Below are positions 38,142 through 50,000 of a stretch of 64,000 bases of DNA, one piece after another (positions within the stretch are counted from its first letter, which is position 1; every line of letters begins with the position of its first letter). The notes below the pieces were generated by a model, which searched no databases, was not told the origin of the DNA, and saw only the letters and a program-made list of their open reading frames with translations. Position numbers and translations under genes: made by a program. Source of the DNA: Mobula hypostoma (Eukaryota); contig NC_086108.1 of the NCBI RefSeq assembly GCF_963921235.1, forward strand, positions 2,108,001 through 2,172,000, written 5' to 3'.

Positions 38142-38303
38142 GTACCTCTTCCTAGAGATGCTGTCTGGCCTGCTGCGTTCACCAGCAACTTTTATGTGTG
38201 TTGCTTGAAATTCCAGCATCTGCAGATTTCCTCGTGTTTACAGCTTCTAATTATGGTATTAAGTCCCTGTGATTGATCCAGATAGAGACAAAAGACTGTA
38301 GCT

Positions 38304-38368
38304 CAGGGTTTCCCAGTCTGGGATCCACAGACCCCTCTGTTAATGGTAGGGGCCCATGGTAACCCCTG
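38304..38368. mobile_element. hAT-like MITE copy
   Basis: CAGGGTTTCCCA...AACCCCTG ends; interior similar to 22178-22257. Confidence 0.55.
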
Positions 38369-39189
38369 CTGCAAATGGGCCTCTTTCTCCTCCCCCCCCC
38401 TGACATAACTGAAATGCTTTTACCTTAAGTGGAGATTTCTAAGAGCATTGAGTAAATCTGATTCAAAAGCGATTAAATACCAGCTTCATTCTCAAGAGGC
38501 GTCTGCCCTACTTTATTCTGCTGCCGTAGTTTCCAAATCAGTCATGTTATTCACCAGATGTCTAAGAAGAGGAGTTCAGAAACTTGAATATGAATCCGTA
38601 CTTTCTTTTTCTTCACATGAGTTTTACAGCATTTAATTTGCTTGATTGCTGCCCTGCTTTAACAGCAATGTGCATAAATTGACTCTGTTCTAGTTTGTGC
38701 TTTTTGATTTGGCGACTTTTTCTGGAGGGAGCTGGACTGACAATTCCATCTGACTTCAAGGCGAGTGGTCCTAGGCTCGAATCTGGCTGGCTGCTTGCAT
38801 GCTTTCCATCCATACTGAGTTGAACACCAAGTGAGCAACTCAGAATTGTGTAAAAAAAAACAACAAACACTAAAGAAGTGGCAAGATTTCCACCCAATTA
38901 ACAAGTTGCTGAGAGGAACAATCTGTTAGTTTGGTGCAGAAATCCTAGTAATGAACTATCTACTAGAGTTGAGCTCTGTCTCTCTCACCACCATCTTCTT
39001 TCTCACTTTTCACTGTGTATAAGGTGTCTGGAACTAGGGGAGCAGTTTTTAGCTTCTCTCTTGGGCACATTCTGCCTATATCTAATCTGTTCTCTGCTTC
39101 TCTCTCACTGGCTCTTTCTACTATTCTTCCCACCCCTCCCCGCCCATCCTTGATCTCTTGCTGTCTCGCACACTATCCACACTAAGCTA

Positions 39190-39597
39190 TATTTACTTGC
39201 CACCGCTGCTGTTCAGGGCAGCAATGAAGGTACTCCATCTCTGTTGGTGTTCAGGGCTTCCTTCATCATGTCAGTAGCCTCCTTGGTTTTCACTGCTGTC
39301 AGTCATACAAGTTCTTGGTGGAGTCTCAGGAATACCGTCACACTCAGATGTAGAAGACTGCTTCATTGCTGTTTCCAGAACAGTGTTGTTTGATCAGTCA
39401 GGGCTGCTAGCCCTGAGCTGAACCCCCGAACCTGTAGAACCAGTGGACCACGCAGTCTGTCCTCTAACTTTGACCAGTTTGGCATGGGTGACCTTACCAA
39501 GAACCAGAGTGTAAAGCCCTGACGCGAGCCGACATAGCTGTCCAGGTTATTGAGGTACGCAAGCCTCCAAACCCTATGACAAGGTTGTGGTCCTCTG
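39190..39597 (-). mobile_element. RTE-derived-like non-autonomous element (copy 2)
   Basis: Colinear similarity with 30955-31350 and 54895-55185. Confidence 0.7.
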
Positions 39598-39677
39598 GAG
39601 AAGAGCTGTATTTAACCATTCTCAAACTGTGGCCACCTAAGGATGGTCAGCTAATGTCTGGAATTTTGTTTTAAAAG

Positions 39678-39783
39678 GATACTGCACCTGACCATAATTC
39701 ATGAAGAAGATTGCCTGCTGGAGCGCCTTCTCTACTATATCAAGGGTACGGATTTTCTCAACCTGCAAAACAACATGAAGCAG
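39678..39783 (+). CDS. NFKBIB: IkB-beta-like coding exon 2 (ankyrin repeat 1)
   Basis: TTTTGTTTTAAAAG|G ATA CTG CAC... encodes (S)ILHLTIIHEEDCLLERLLYYIKGTDFLNLQNNMKQ|GTACTG. 106 nt, phase 2 to 0, in frame with exons 1 and 3. Confidence 0.92.
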
Positions 39784-39972
39784 GTACTGAGAGTGCGGAC
39801 GGAAATAATTACTTTGGTTTTGTGTCATTCAGAGATTTACTTAGAACTTTCCTTGTCGCCAGCACATCAGTTGTTTTTCTCAATGAAAGTACAAACTCTG
39901 CTTCCATTTCCCATGCAATAGTTTCAAAAAAAAACCTCCCTCCTTCCTTCCCACACTCCTCATCTCTTTCAG

Positions 39973-40213
39973 ACGGCATTGCATTTGGCAGTGATCCTTG
40001 AGCGACCAGATTTTATAAAGAAGTTGACAGCTGCTGGAGCGAGCCTCTTGCTGCAAGAGAAGGATGGGAACACTGCCTTACACCTCGCTTGCAAGGAGAT
40101 GGCACTTGCCTGTGTCCAGGCACTCCTGTTTCACCATTCCAGTGACCTACATTATTCCAGTTTGGTGGACCCTTCAGAGTTCAAACAGCAGCTGCATTTC
40201 TATAACTACCAAG
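39973..40213 (+). CDS. NFKBIB: IkB-beta-like coding exon 3 (ankyrin repeats 2-3)
   Basis: TCTCTTTCAG|ACG GCA TTG encodes TALHLAVILERPDFIKKLTAAGASLLLQEKDGNTALHLACKE...NYQ G|GTAAAG. 241 nt, phase 0 to 1. Confidence 0.95.
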
Positions 40214-40914
40214 GTAAAGGCTCTGAGATTTAATGTTTACTTTCAAAAATTTCTGACTAGGTTTGGTTACCAGGCGGGAAAACTTTGGTGTCTGAAGAGG
40301 TTCTAATTTCTAATTAAATTCAACCTTAACAGTGGTGTTTTCACTTGTTGGTTCATCGTTTAAAGACAAAATCTGTAGGTCGCCACTGTCCTTCCCACAC
40401 CGCAGGGTGAGGTGGTTGCTTTAGGGCATGTTGATGACTGTGCATTTAACTCGTAGAGAGGAACCCAAACCTCTTACCAGATCTCTGTTTATTTTCTGAT
40501 CCTCGGGGTTCTTCCAGGAGTCAGGACTGATGAGCAGTCTTAATTCCAAGATTTCAGTTTATTTTAGAGTACAAACAAGCCTACAAATACTGAACAAACT
40601 AAATAAAAAGCTGAGAAACAATACTAAGAGGAGTATGGATGTGAAGAAAAAAACAGTAAAGAAAGAAAAGATGGCGCTTCTGAAAAATCTGTTGCTTTTA
40701 TAGGTAACCCTCTCACCAGGCTTGTATACCAACTTGGCTCGTTAGCCAGCTCTGCTAACAGCCACATGACTCTGCAGCAAGAAGACCATCTTTGATAAAC
40801 AAGATGCATCTAGGGTCGGTATGATTAGGGGTTCAACCAAACAGGAACGTTGTGATGTTCCGATTAAAGCACCTCGATTTGAGCGAATGCTGTGTAAATG
40901 CTGCCCATACACAA

Positions 40915-41437
40915 TTGTCAGTCAGCCAGAAATAACAGATAATGCACAGCAAAAAATTACAAAGAAAGTGTATTTACAGATTTCAACATTATCAAACAGT
41001 AGGAAAAAGAAAAGAAAAAAATAATATAAGGGCCCGTTACAATTAAACCAGTCCAATGTGTACAGTTTGTTCGATGCCTTTCTGGTATTGACCCTTCCTC
41101 CTTGGAGCCATTCATCTTCACAAACCATTTGTAACTGGGACTCTGCTTCCCAAGGCATTCTGCAGCACTTTTGCTCCTGTCCTCTCCACAACTCCCACCA
41201 AAAAAAGTCCCCGCAAACCAGACTACTGTCCCTCACAGAAATCTCTCTCTGTCCCACTCTCTCTAGAACTTACTCCCAATTCCACCATCCTGATTGGCTG
41301 ACACAACATTCCTAATTTGAGCAGTAGGGTTTTGGCCGAAACGAAAACATTCTATCAGCAGGACACGCAGTGTTTGCAGAAACTTCTAAAATGAAATACC
41401 TACAACATAGCAGTTGAAATCTTAACCAGGGCATTAC
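40915..41437 (-). mobile_element. Possible LTR-like segment
   Basis: Minus strand begins TGTAATGCCCTGG and could end ...TGACA. No second copy and no gag/pol seen. Confidence 0.25.
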
Positions 41438-42439
41438 ATATAAATAAGATAAAGATTCCTTAGATAGAGATAAGCTAGTTAATAGACTACATAATTAAAA
41501 CAGCTGCATCACTTGGGTAATGTGCTAATACTTAGCCGATGAAAAATGAGGAGGGTGATAAACTGTTAGTTTAGCTGCTATACGGCTTTCTGCCAGTGAG
41601 TGTGAAAAATACACAAAGTAGTCTAAAAAGTACAAACCTTAAAAAGTATTATTTTTAAAATAAATTGTGGTTTCCAACACAATTGGATTAGGTAAGATTA
41701 CCTTTATTTGTCACATATATATTGAAGCATACAGTGAAATGCATTGTGTCAATAGGCAATATAGTACATCTTTATGCTGGGGCAGTTTGCAAGTATTGTC
41801 ATATGTCTTGCGCCAGTATTACATGTCTACAGCTTACAGCCCTGACCTGGCATGTGGGAGGAAACTGGAGCACCTGGTCACAGGGAGAATGCACAAATTC
41901 CTTGTAGACAGAGTGGCAAGAATTGAAGCTGGGTTGCTGGCTGTAATAGTGTCACACTAACTGCTGTGTTACCTTGCAAACAATATTTATAAACTGCTAT
42001 ATAGGACGATTCTTCAATTACTGCTAGAGTTGCATAGTATAAAGCAATTATCCACCTCCTTCAAGCCACAGATTCTACTGCTTTGATTAAATAGCTCACA
42101 CACACAAATTTCAGACCATCTTGTCCTTAGTCACTCTCACTCTTGGAGTAGATATTCATCAAAAGTCAAGTTACCCCAATGACCTATTTCTCAAAGTTGC
42201 AAACAATACCAGACATTGTCCAAATGGCTTAATTCTGCTCCACCCAACTCAACCCCATTCTCTTGCCTTCTGCCTGTAACTTTTGATGCCCTTATTTATC
42301 AAGAACTTATCAACCTCTGCTTTAAATATCACCAAGGACTTTCCCTCCACAACCATCTGCGGCAGTGAATTCCACAGATACACCACCCTCTGCCTAAAGA
42401 AGTTACTCCTCATACGCAAAGTTTCATTTCCGAGCTTAT

Positions 42440-42710
42440 TGTCTGTTACGTTGCTTGTGTTTAGGGCAGCGATGAAGTTTATTTAAATTGCTATTTCGGT
42501 AACAGTTTTGTTTTGACAATCAGGGTTGTTGTCCCTGAGCTGAACCCCCAAACCTGAAGGACTAGTAGACACTCTGGGGTCTACCCTTTGATCTGGTTTG
42601 GGCTGGTTGACCAAGAACCAAAGCACAAGGCCCTTACACAGCCAGCATTGCTCGCCAGGTCATTGAGACACAGAAGCCTCCAAACCCTACGACAAGGTGG
42701 AGGTCCTCTT
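42440..42710 (-). mobile_element. RTE-derived-like non-autonomous element (copy 3, degenerate)
   Basis: TTTAGGGCAGCGATGAAG...CCCTGAGCTGAACCCCC...AAGCCTCCAAACCCTACGACAAGG. Confidence 0.65.
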
Positions 42711-42769
42711 AGGGCATTTCCAAATTGAATTATGTTAATTAACTCAGCACCTGGACTGAATTAGATCCT

Positions 42770-43175
42770 GCAGACCTTGCCGCTGTCTGTAATTTGTTTG
42801 TACGTTCTCCCTTTGACTACATGATTTCCTCCGTTTGCTCTGGTTTTCTTCCACAGTCCAAAGAAATTGTCCTGTGACCAGGCTAGGATTAAATTTGAGG
42901 TTGCTTGAAGGGTCTTCTCCGCACTGTGTTCAACGTGGGCGGCATGGTAGTGTGGTTAGCACAATGCTTTACAGTACAAATGTCCCAAATTCAATGAAGA
43001 GTTTGTATGTTTTCTTCGTGACTATGTGTGTTTCCTCCGGGTGCTCCGGTTTCCTCCCACATCCCAAAGATTCATTCTAAATTGTCCTGTGATTAGGCTG
43101 GGGTTAAATCAGGGGTTCGTGGGCGACATGGCATGAAGGGCCAGAAGGACCTATACTGCAGTGTATCACAAATCA
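42770..43175 (+). mobile_element. Two tandem V-SINE/HE1-like copies
   Basis: GGCGGCATGGTAGTGTGGTTAGCAC head and TTTCCTCCGGGTGCTCCGGTTTCCTCCCAC core. Confidence 0.75.
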
Positions 43176-43244
43176 CAATAAGGGTCGAGGTGTGACCTGA
43201 TAGATGTATGACTATGATAGGGTAAATCTCTATCTCCCCACCCC

Positions 43245-43490
43245 CCATGCCACTGGTAGGGATATCATCCGTTAGTCTTGTGAGACCATGGATCTGCGCC
43301 TGGAAAGTCTTCACTCTCCAGGGCGCAGGCCTGGGCAAGGTTGTATGGAAGACAAGCAGCTGCCCATGCTGCAAGTCTCCCCTCTCCACGATACCGATAT
43401 TGCCCAAGGGAAGGGCATTAGGACCCATACAGCTTGGCACCAGTGTCGTTGCGGAGCAATGTGTGATTAAGTTCCTTGCTCAAGGACACA
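43245..43490 (-). mobile_element. 5'-truncated SINE related to the 33797 copy
   Basis: GAGCAATGTGTGATTAAGTTCCTTGCTCAAGGACACA closely matches the reverse complement of 33883-33918. Confidence 0.6.
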
Positions 43491-43862
43491 AAAAGCATAT
43501 CAAGGATATCAAAAAACAAGAAATAAATAGGAACATTGGTGAATGGTAAAGTGTTTGGGGTTCCTCTTTATCAGATCTCCAGTGCGTATCATTGGATATC
43601 AACGGAGAGAATGGTTTGCAACCCTTGGGAACATTCACACCTAACCTCAGGACATCACCCTGTTAGGAAGTGGTGCCTCCAGGAATGCTGAAGAACATTG
43701 AACTGAAAAGGAAAAGGTGATGTGTGCAAGAACCAGATAGAAATCAAAGGAAAAGCATGTGATAAATGTAATGAGGGGAACAGGTCGTCTGCTGATTGGC
43801 ACCAAATGGCTTATTGCTGATGTCTGTTCCTTGCATTTTAATGTTTCTCCCTTTTCCCTCAG

Positions 43863-43951
43863 GTTTAACGCCCCTCCACTTGGCAGTAATACTTAATGAT
43901 GTTAAGATAGTGGAGTATCTTCTGCAGTTTGAACAGGACGTTAATGCAAAG
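43863..43951 (+). CDS. NFKBIB: IkB-beta-like coding exon 4 (ankyrin repeat 4), ends at a GC donor
   Basis: CTTTTCCCTCAG|GT TTA ACG encodes (G)LTPLHLAVILNDVKIVEYLLQFEQDVNAK|GCAAGT. 89 nt, phase 1 to 0. Confidence 0.92.
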
Positions 43952-45019
43952 GCAAGTTCTCTAAAAAATCTCTGAAACAGTTTAAGATGCAAGGCACTGC
44001 AGGGTCAATGGGGGTGGGGAGGATGATCAAATAATCTTTATTGCTTTTGCTGTAGTCTGAGGGGGAGGGGACTGGCCCATTTTTTTTTGAATGATTTTGT
44101 CTTTTATCTAGTTTTCTCCCCTCCCACAGGTCCCCTTGCTCAGCTGTGAGTGTGGGTGTGCTGTTCACTGCAGTCTCACTGCGGTGTCCCGTGAGCAGAC
44201 TGCAGAGTGCAAGTCTGGACCAGAACGTGTCCCCCTCTGAGACTAACTAAAGGCTCTGTATGCCACCTTCAGACAGGCATTAGATATCCCATCTCATTTC
44301 ACAAAGAAGAGCACAGGTGTCCATGCTTTGGGCAGTGTTCCTTGCAATTGCAATGGATATTCATGTTCTGCCAAATTGGATCTTCTGACCTCAGAGCTGT
44401 TTGCCTTCAGAGTCAAAGTAAAGTTTATTATCAGAATACTTGTATGTCACTACATACCACCTGAGATTTGTTTTCTTGTGGGCTTACTCAGCAAATCTAC
44501 AGAATAGTAACTGTAACAGGATCAATGAAAGATCAACCAGAATGTAGAGGGCAATCTGTTCAAGTGCAAATATAAATAAATAGCAATAAATAACGAGAAT
44601 ATGAAATAACAGGATAAAAAACTCCTTAAAGTGAAATCATTGGTGTGGGATTCAGGGTAATTAACAGTTCTCAGTAGCTGTTACCGCTAGCAGAATATTT
44701 AATAGATTTTTTTTCTTTGTGCTTTGTTCCTATACCCCATCCTGAGCTTAATTCCTGGAAATGCCCAAAAAGTAGCAGCAGTACTTGTTCAAATATGCCT
44801 CCTAATGGTCATTAAGGTAGTCCAGAAACCATTAGTTATTCTCCGATGTTTAGGATTTTCAACGCACAAAATATCAACTGTTTCTGGCTATAGGAGCACC
44901 ACGCTAAAGTATTGGTTTGCAAGATGCTATTACAGCTCGGGGCAACAGAGTTCAATTGCAGTGTTGGACATTCTCTCCATGGTTGTGTGGGTTTCCTCCC
45001 ACAGTCCTAAAGACCTACT

Positions 45020-45745
45020 AGTGGTGCAGTTAGCCATTGGTCAGTATGACGTTGTGGGCATCACTGAGTCGTGGCTGAAAGAAGGTCATAGTTGGGAGCT
45101 TATACTTTGCATGGAAAGGACAGGCAAGAAGGTGTAGGTGGTGGTATGGCTCTGTTGGTAAGGAGATAATGCTGAGGCTTTATAAGACACTAGTCACAGA
45201 GTATTGTCAGCAGTTTTTGGGGCCCCATATCTCAGAATGGATGTGTTGCCATTGGAGAGAGTTCAAAGGAAGTTTATGAGGATGATTGCAGGAATGATGG
45301 GGTTAACATATGAGGAGTGTTTGGCAGCTTTAGACCTGTACTCACTGGAATTTAGTAAAAAACGCAGGGGAGGGGCGGGGTATCTGACTAAAACCTGAAT
45401 ATTGAAAGGACTAGATAAAGTGGGTGTGGAGAGGATGTTTCCTTTGGTGGAGGTGCTCCGATCTAGAGGACACAGCCTCAAAATTGAGGGGCAATCCTTA
45501 GAACAGAGATAAGGAGGAAATTTTAGACAGAGAGTAGTGAATCTGTGGAATGGTCTGTCACAGACAGCTGTGGAGGCCAGAACCATGGATATATTTAAAG
45601 CAAAAATTGTTTGCTGATTGGTCAGGACATCAAAGGTTATGGCGAGATGGCAGGCTGAGTAGGATCAGGGATCAGCCACAATGGAATAGCGGGGCAGACT
45701 CGATAGGCTGAATGGCCTAATTCTGCTCCTGCGTCTTATGGTCTT
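45020..45745 (+). mobile_element. Internally deleted CR1 inserted into a V-SINE (SINE halves at ~44900-45019 and ~45746-45855)
   Basis: Endonuclease fragment DVVGITESWL is joined to RT-end LERVQRKFMRM. The SINE resumes GTAGGTTAATTGGTCATTG. Confidence 0.75.
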
Positions 45746-46301
45746 GTACTTAGTAGGTTAATTGGTCATTGTGAATTGTCCTGTGCTTAGGCGAGTTGCT
45801 GAGCAGCACGGCGTGTCGGGCTGGAAGGGCCTGATCTGTGCTGTATCTCTAATTAAGTGACAGTTAGGATGACTTGTTGCTTCCCTGTGTCACTCTGTTT
45901 TTGGGGTGTGGAGCATGAACAGAAATGATCATCTTACTGATGAAATTAAAGGTTCAAAGGTTCATTTTATTATCAAAGTATGTATGTAGAATACAACTCT
46001 GAGATTCGTCTTCTCCAGATACTGAAAAACCATGGAGTCATTGAAAGAAAAGACAACCCCCTCCCCCATCACACAAAAGGGGAAAAAGAAACAAAAACTA
46101 TCAAACCCCAACCCGCCCCCCACAAGCTCCTCCCTCGCACAAAAATTACCAGATTATCTACCCGGAAAACAGTGCTAGAACATCAAACCCCCAACCCCTC
46201 CCCTGCAAAATAAACCAGTGACAATAACATGAAGTCAGAAGGTGTATTTTTTTTGTAAAGGGAAACCTATGGGATATTTAAACTTCAATTTCTGTCTGTA
46301 G

Positions 46302-46547
46302 GAGAAATGTGCAGGTCGGACTGCATTACATTTGGGAGTAGAAAAGCAGAATCCTCACATCGTCAGACTCTTACTAAAGAGGGGAGCAGATGTTCATGCC
46401 CAGATGTACAATGGCTACACACCAATTTGTCTGGCGGTGTTCTTGCCCGATTCTGGAATAACCCAAATGCTCAGAGACTATGGCTCTTCAGAACCAATTA
46501 CAGATGATGAGTCAGACGAAGATGAAGGAATAGATGAAGATGGTGTG
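46302..46547 (+). CDS. NFKBIB: IkB-beta-like coding exon 5 (ankyrin repeats 5-6 and acidic PEST region); read-through stop at 46563-46565
   Basis: TCTGTCTGTAG|GAG AAA TGT encodes EKCAGRTALHLGVEKQNPHIVRLLLKRGADVHAQMYNGYTP...MLRDYGSSEPITDDESDEDEGIDEDGV|GTACGT. AQMYNGYTP and LRDYGSSEP resemble human IkB-beta ARMYGGRTP and LRAHGAPEP. Confidence 0.9.
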
Positions 46548-47089
46548 GTACGTAAAACTGTTTAATTGAACTCCAAATACTTGTGGGTGGGTACAACTCA
46601 ACTGTGATATTAGAAGAGAGTTTCTGTACTTGAAGAGTTTCAAGGAGGAAGAATGTTTCCACATTAGATGGAAATTTTCGAGGTGCAGTTGAGCAGTCTG
46701 CAATGGAGTTTTTTTTCCTTTCCGTCTGCAACTGAGGCACAGTTTGATGGTCCCCTGTACTTCCTTAATTGCAGTGCTGTTAATGTGTCCCCAATCTGCA
46801 CCCTCTGCAATTGGGACAAGCTGATTGCTCATGCACTAATTAGGAGACGTAAATGTAGCTTTTTTTCTTAACTCTTAAGAGCTACTTGTTTACACTTGAC
46901 ACCACAAACAGAGCCAGAGTTTGAGCTCCCTTGCCTACTTGGCATATCGCACGCTGAAGTAGACCAATTGGCTTACGACACCTCTGCCAACTGTTTCAAA
47001 GTGTTCCACTCCCTGATTCTTTCGCCTTAGCTTTGTGAATTTTTCCTTTATATTAATATTTTTGGTTTTCCTTTGCATTTTTTTGAGGA

Positions 47090-50000
47090 ATAGAGAGCAT
47101 GTTGGTAGGGTTAGTATTTTGCTCTGGGTGTCGGATGTGGGAATCCTGGGAATCTTCCAATCTCCCAGATGGCCACATCTGCGCCAGGTGTACCGAGATG
47201 CAGCTGCTGAGAGACTGTGTTAGGGATCTGGAACTGCGGTTCAATGACCTACAGCTTATTAGCGAGAGTGAACAGGAGATAGCGAGGAGCTACAGGGAGT
47301 TAGTCACTGCAAGGCTGCGGGAGTTAGATAAGTGGGTGATGGTCAGGGAAGCGAAGGGAAGAGCTCAGATAGTAGAGAGCACCACATGTTGGTACCAGTG
47401 ACATAGGTAGAAAAAGGGAGGAAGTCCTGAAGAGAGAATTCAGGGAGTTACGTAGGAATTTGAAAAGCAGGACCTCTGGGATAGTAATCTCAGGATTGCT
47501 GCCTGTGCCACGTGCTAATGAATGCAAGGATAGCACGATCAGGCATATTAATGTGTGTGGCTGAGAGACTGGTGTAGGGGCAGGGCTTCAGTTTCCTGGA
47601 TCATTGGGCCCTCTGCTGGGGGAGGTATGACCCAAAAAGGACGGGTTACACCTGAAAGGGGTCCAATATCCTAGCTGGTACATTAGGGAGGGTTTAAACT
47701 AATTTGGCAGGGGGATGGGAAGCAGAGTGATAGGGTTGAGGAAGGGAAAAGCAGAAATAAATCAAAGCATGCAACAGAGATTATAGAAAGAACAGGCAGG
47801 AGATGAGGCTTAATCACAGCCAGTGGAATGAGTAACAGGCAATAGAGGCGTGGTGCAGTTAAAACAGAAAGTAACAAATACTGGACTGAAAGTGTTATAT
47901 TCGAATGCACACAGCATCAGGAATAAAATGGACGATCTTGAAATTCAGCTACAGATCGGCAAGTATGAAGTTCTGGCCTTCTCTGAAACTTAGCTAAAGG
48001 ATGGCTGCCATTGGGAGCTGAACGTCCAAAGATATACAGTGTATTGGAAAGATAGGTTAGTAGGCAGAGGGGGTGGTGTAAAAGAAATAATATTAAATCG
48101 TTAGAAAGAGATGACATTGGATTAGAAGGTGGAAGGTCTCTATGGGTTGAGTTAAGAAATGGCAAGGGTAAAAGGACCCTAATGGCAGTTGTATACAGGC
48201 CTCCAAACAGCAGTCGAGATGTGGATTACAAATTACAACAGAAGATAGAAAAGGTGTATTGGAAAGGCAATGTCATGATAATCATTGGGGATTTTAACAT
48301 GAAAGTGGATTGGAAAACCAGGTCAGTACTGAACCTCAAGAGAGAGTGTTTGTAGAATGTCAAAGAAGAGACTAAAAGCTTTTTTAAGTATATAAAGGGT
48401 AAAGAGAGTTGAGGGTAGATAGAGGACCAATACAAAATGACGTTGGAGATATTGTAATAGGAGATACAGAGATGACAGAGGAACTGAATGCGTATTTTGC
48501 ATCAGTCTTCACAGTGGAAGACGTCTGCAGTATACCAGACATTCAGAAGTGTCAGGGAAGTGAAATTTTTGCAGTGAGAATTAATGACTGTGAAGGTGTT
48601 CAGGAAGCTTAATGGTCTGAGGGTGGATAAATCTCCTGGACCTGATGGAATGCACCCTCGGGTTCTGAAGGAAGTAGCTGGAGAGACTGCGGAGGCACTA
48701 ACAATGATCTTTCAAGAATCAATAGATTCTGACATTGTACCAGATGACTAGAAAATTGCAAATGTTATTCCCCTATTTAAGAAGGGTGGGAGGCAGCAGA
48801 AAGGAAACTATAGCCTGACATCAGTGGTTGGGAAGTTGTTGGAATCGATTGTTAAGATGACATTACGGAGTACCTGGAGGCACATGACAAGATAGGCCAA
48901 AGCCAGCATGGTTTCCGGAAAGGAAAATCCTGCCTGACAAACCTACTGCAATTCTTTGAGGCAATTACAAGCAGGGTAGACAAAGGAGATGCAGTAGATG
49001 TGGTGTACTTGGATTTTCATAGCCCTTTGACAAGGTGCCACACATGAGGCTGCTTTGCAAGATAAGAGCCCATGGAATTACAGGGAAGTTACTAGCATGG
49101 GTGGAGCATTGGCTGGTCGGCAGAAAACGGAGAGTGGGAATAAAGGGATCCTATTCTAGCTGGCTGCCGGTTACCAGTGGAGTTCCACTGGGGTTGCTGT
49201 TGGGACCGCTGCTTTTTATGATGTTTTGGACTACGGTATTAATGGATTTGTGGTTAAATTTGCAGATGATACAAAGATAGGTGGAGGAGTGGGTAGTGTT
49301 GAGGAAACAGAGAGACTTAGATAGTTTAGGGGAATGGGCAAAGAGGTGGCAAATGAAATACAATGTTGGAAAGTGTATAGTCATGCACTTTGATGGAAGA
49401 AATAAACAGGCAGACTATAGATGGGAAGACAATTCAAAATGCAGAGATGCAAAGGTATCCGGGGGTCCTTGTGCAGGATACCCTAAAAGTTAACTTCCAG
49501 GTTGAGTCAATTGTGAAGAAGGTGAATGCAATGTTGGCATTCATTTCTAGAAGTATAGAATATATGAGCAGGGATGTGATGATGAAGCTCTGTAAGGCAC
49601 TCGTGAGAGCACACTTGGAGTATTGGGTGCAGTTTTGGGCTCCTTATTTTAGAAAGAATATATTTACATTGGAGAGGGTTCAGAGAAGATTTACAAGAAT
49701 GATTCCAGGAATGAGACGGTTACCGTATGAGGAACGTCTGGCAGCTCTTGGGCTGTATTCCCCGGAGATCAGGAAAATGAGGGGGGATCTCATAGAAACA
49801 TTCTGAATGTTAAAAGACCTGAACAGTTTCAATATGGCAAAGTTATTTCCCATGGTAGGGGAATCCAGGACAAGAGTTAACAATGATGTTGCCTGAATTG
49901 GGGAGCATGCCTTATTAGAACAGGTTGAGTGAACTCGGCCTTTTCTGCTTGGAGCGATGGAGGATGAGAGGTGATCTGATAGAGGTGTACAAGATGATGA

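Larger units (their letters stand above)
35941..38238. mobile_element. Penelope-like element with inverted pLTR arrangement, interrupted by Tigger
   Basis: Minus-strand pLTR at 35941-36036 and 37637-~38058 (GIY-YIG tail), then + strand pLTR at ~38059-38238. TACAGCTTCTAAT is duplicated at 35928-35940 and 38239-38251. Confidence 0.88.

Noticed and set aside
40527..40533. CTGATGA hammerhead or C/D-box-like motif
   Set aside because: No stem II and GAAA follow it, and there are no supporting flanking stems.
43956..43957. Canonical GT donor for exon 4
   Set aside because: It gives phase 1, which is incompatible with the phase-0 start of exon 5.
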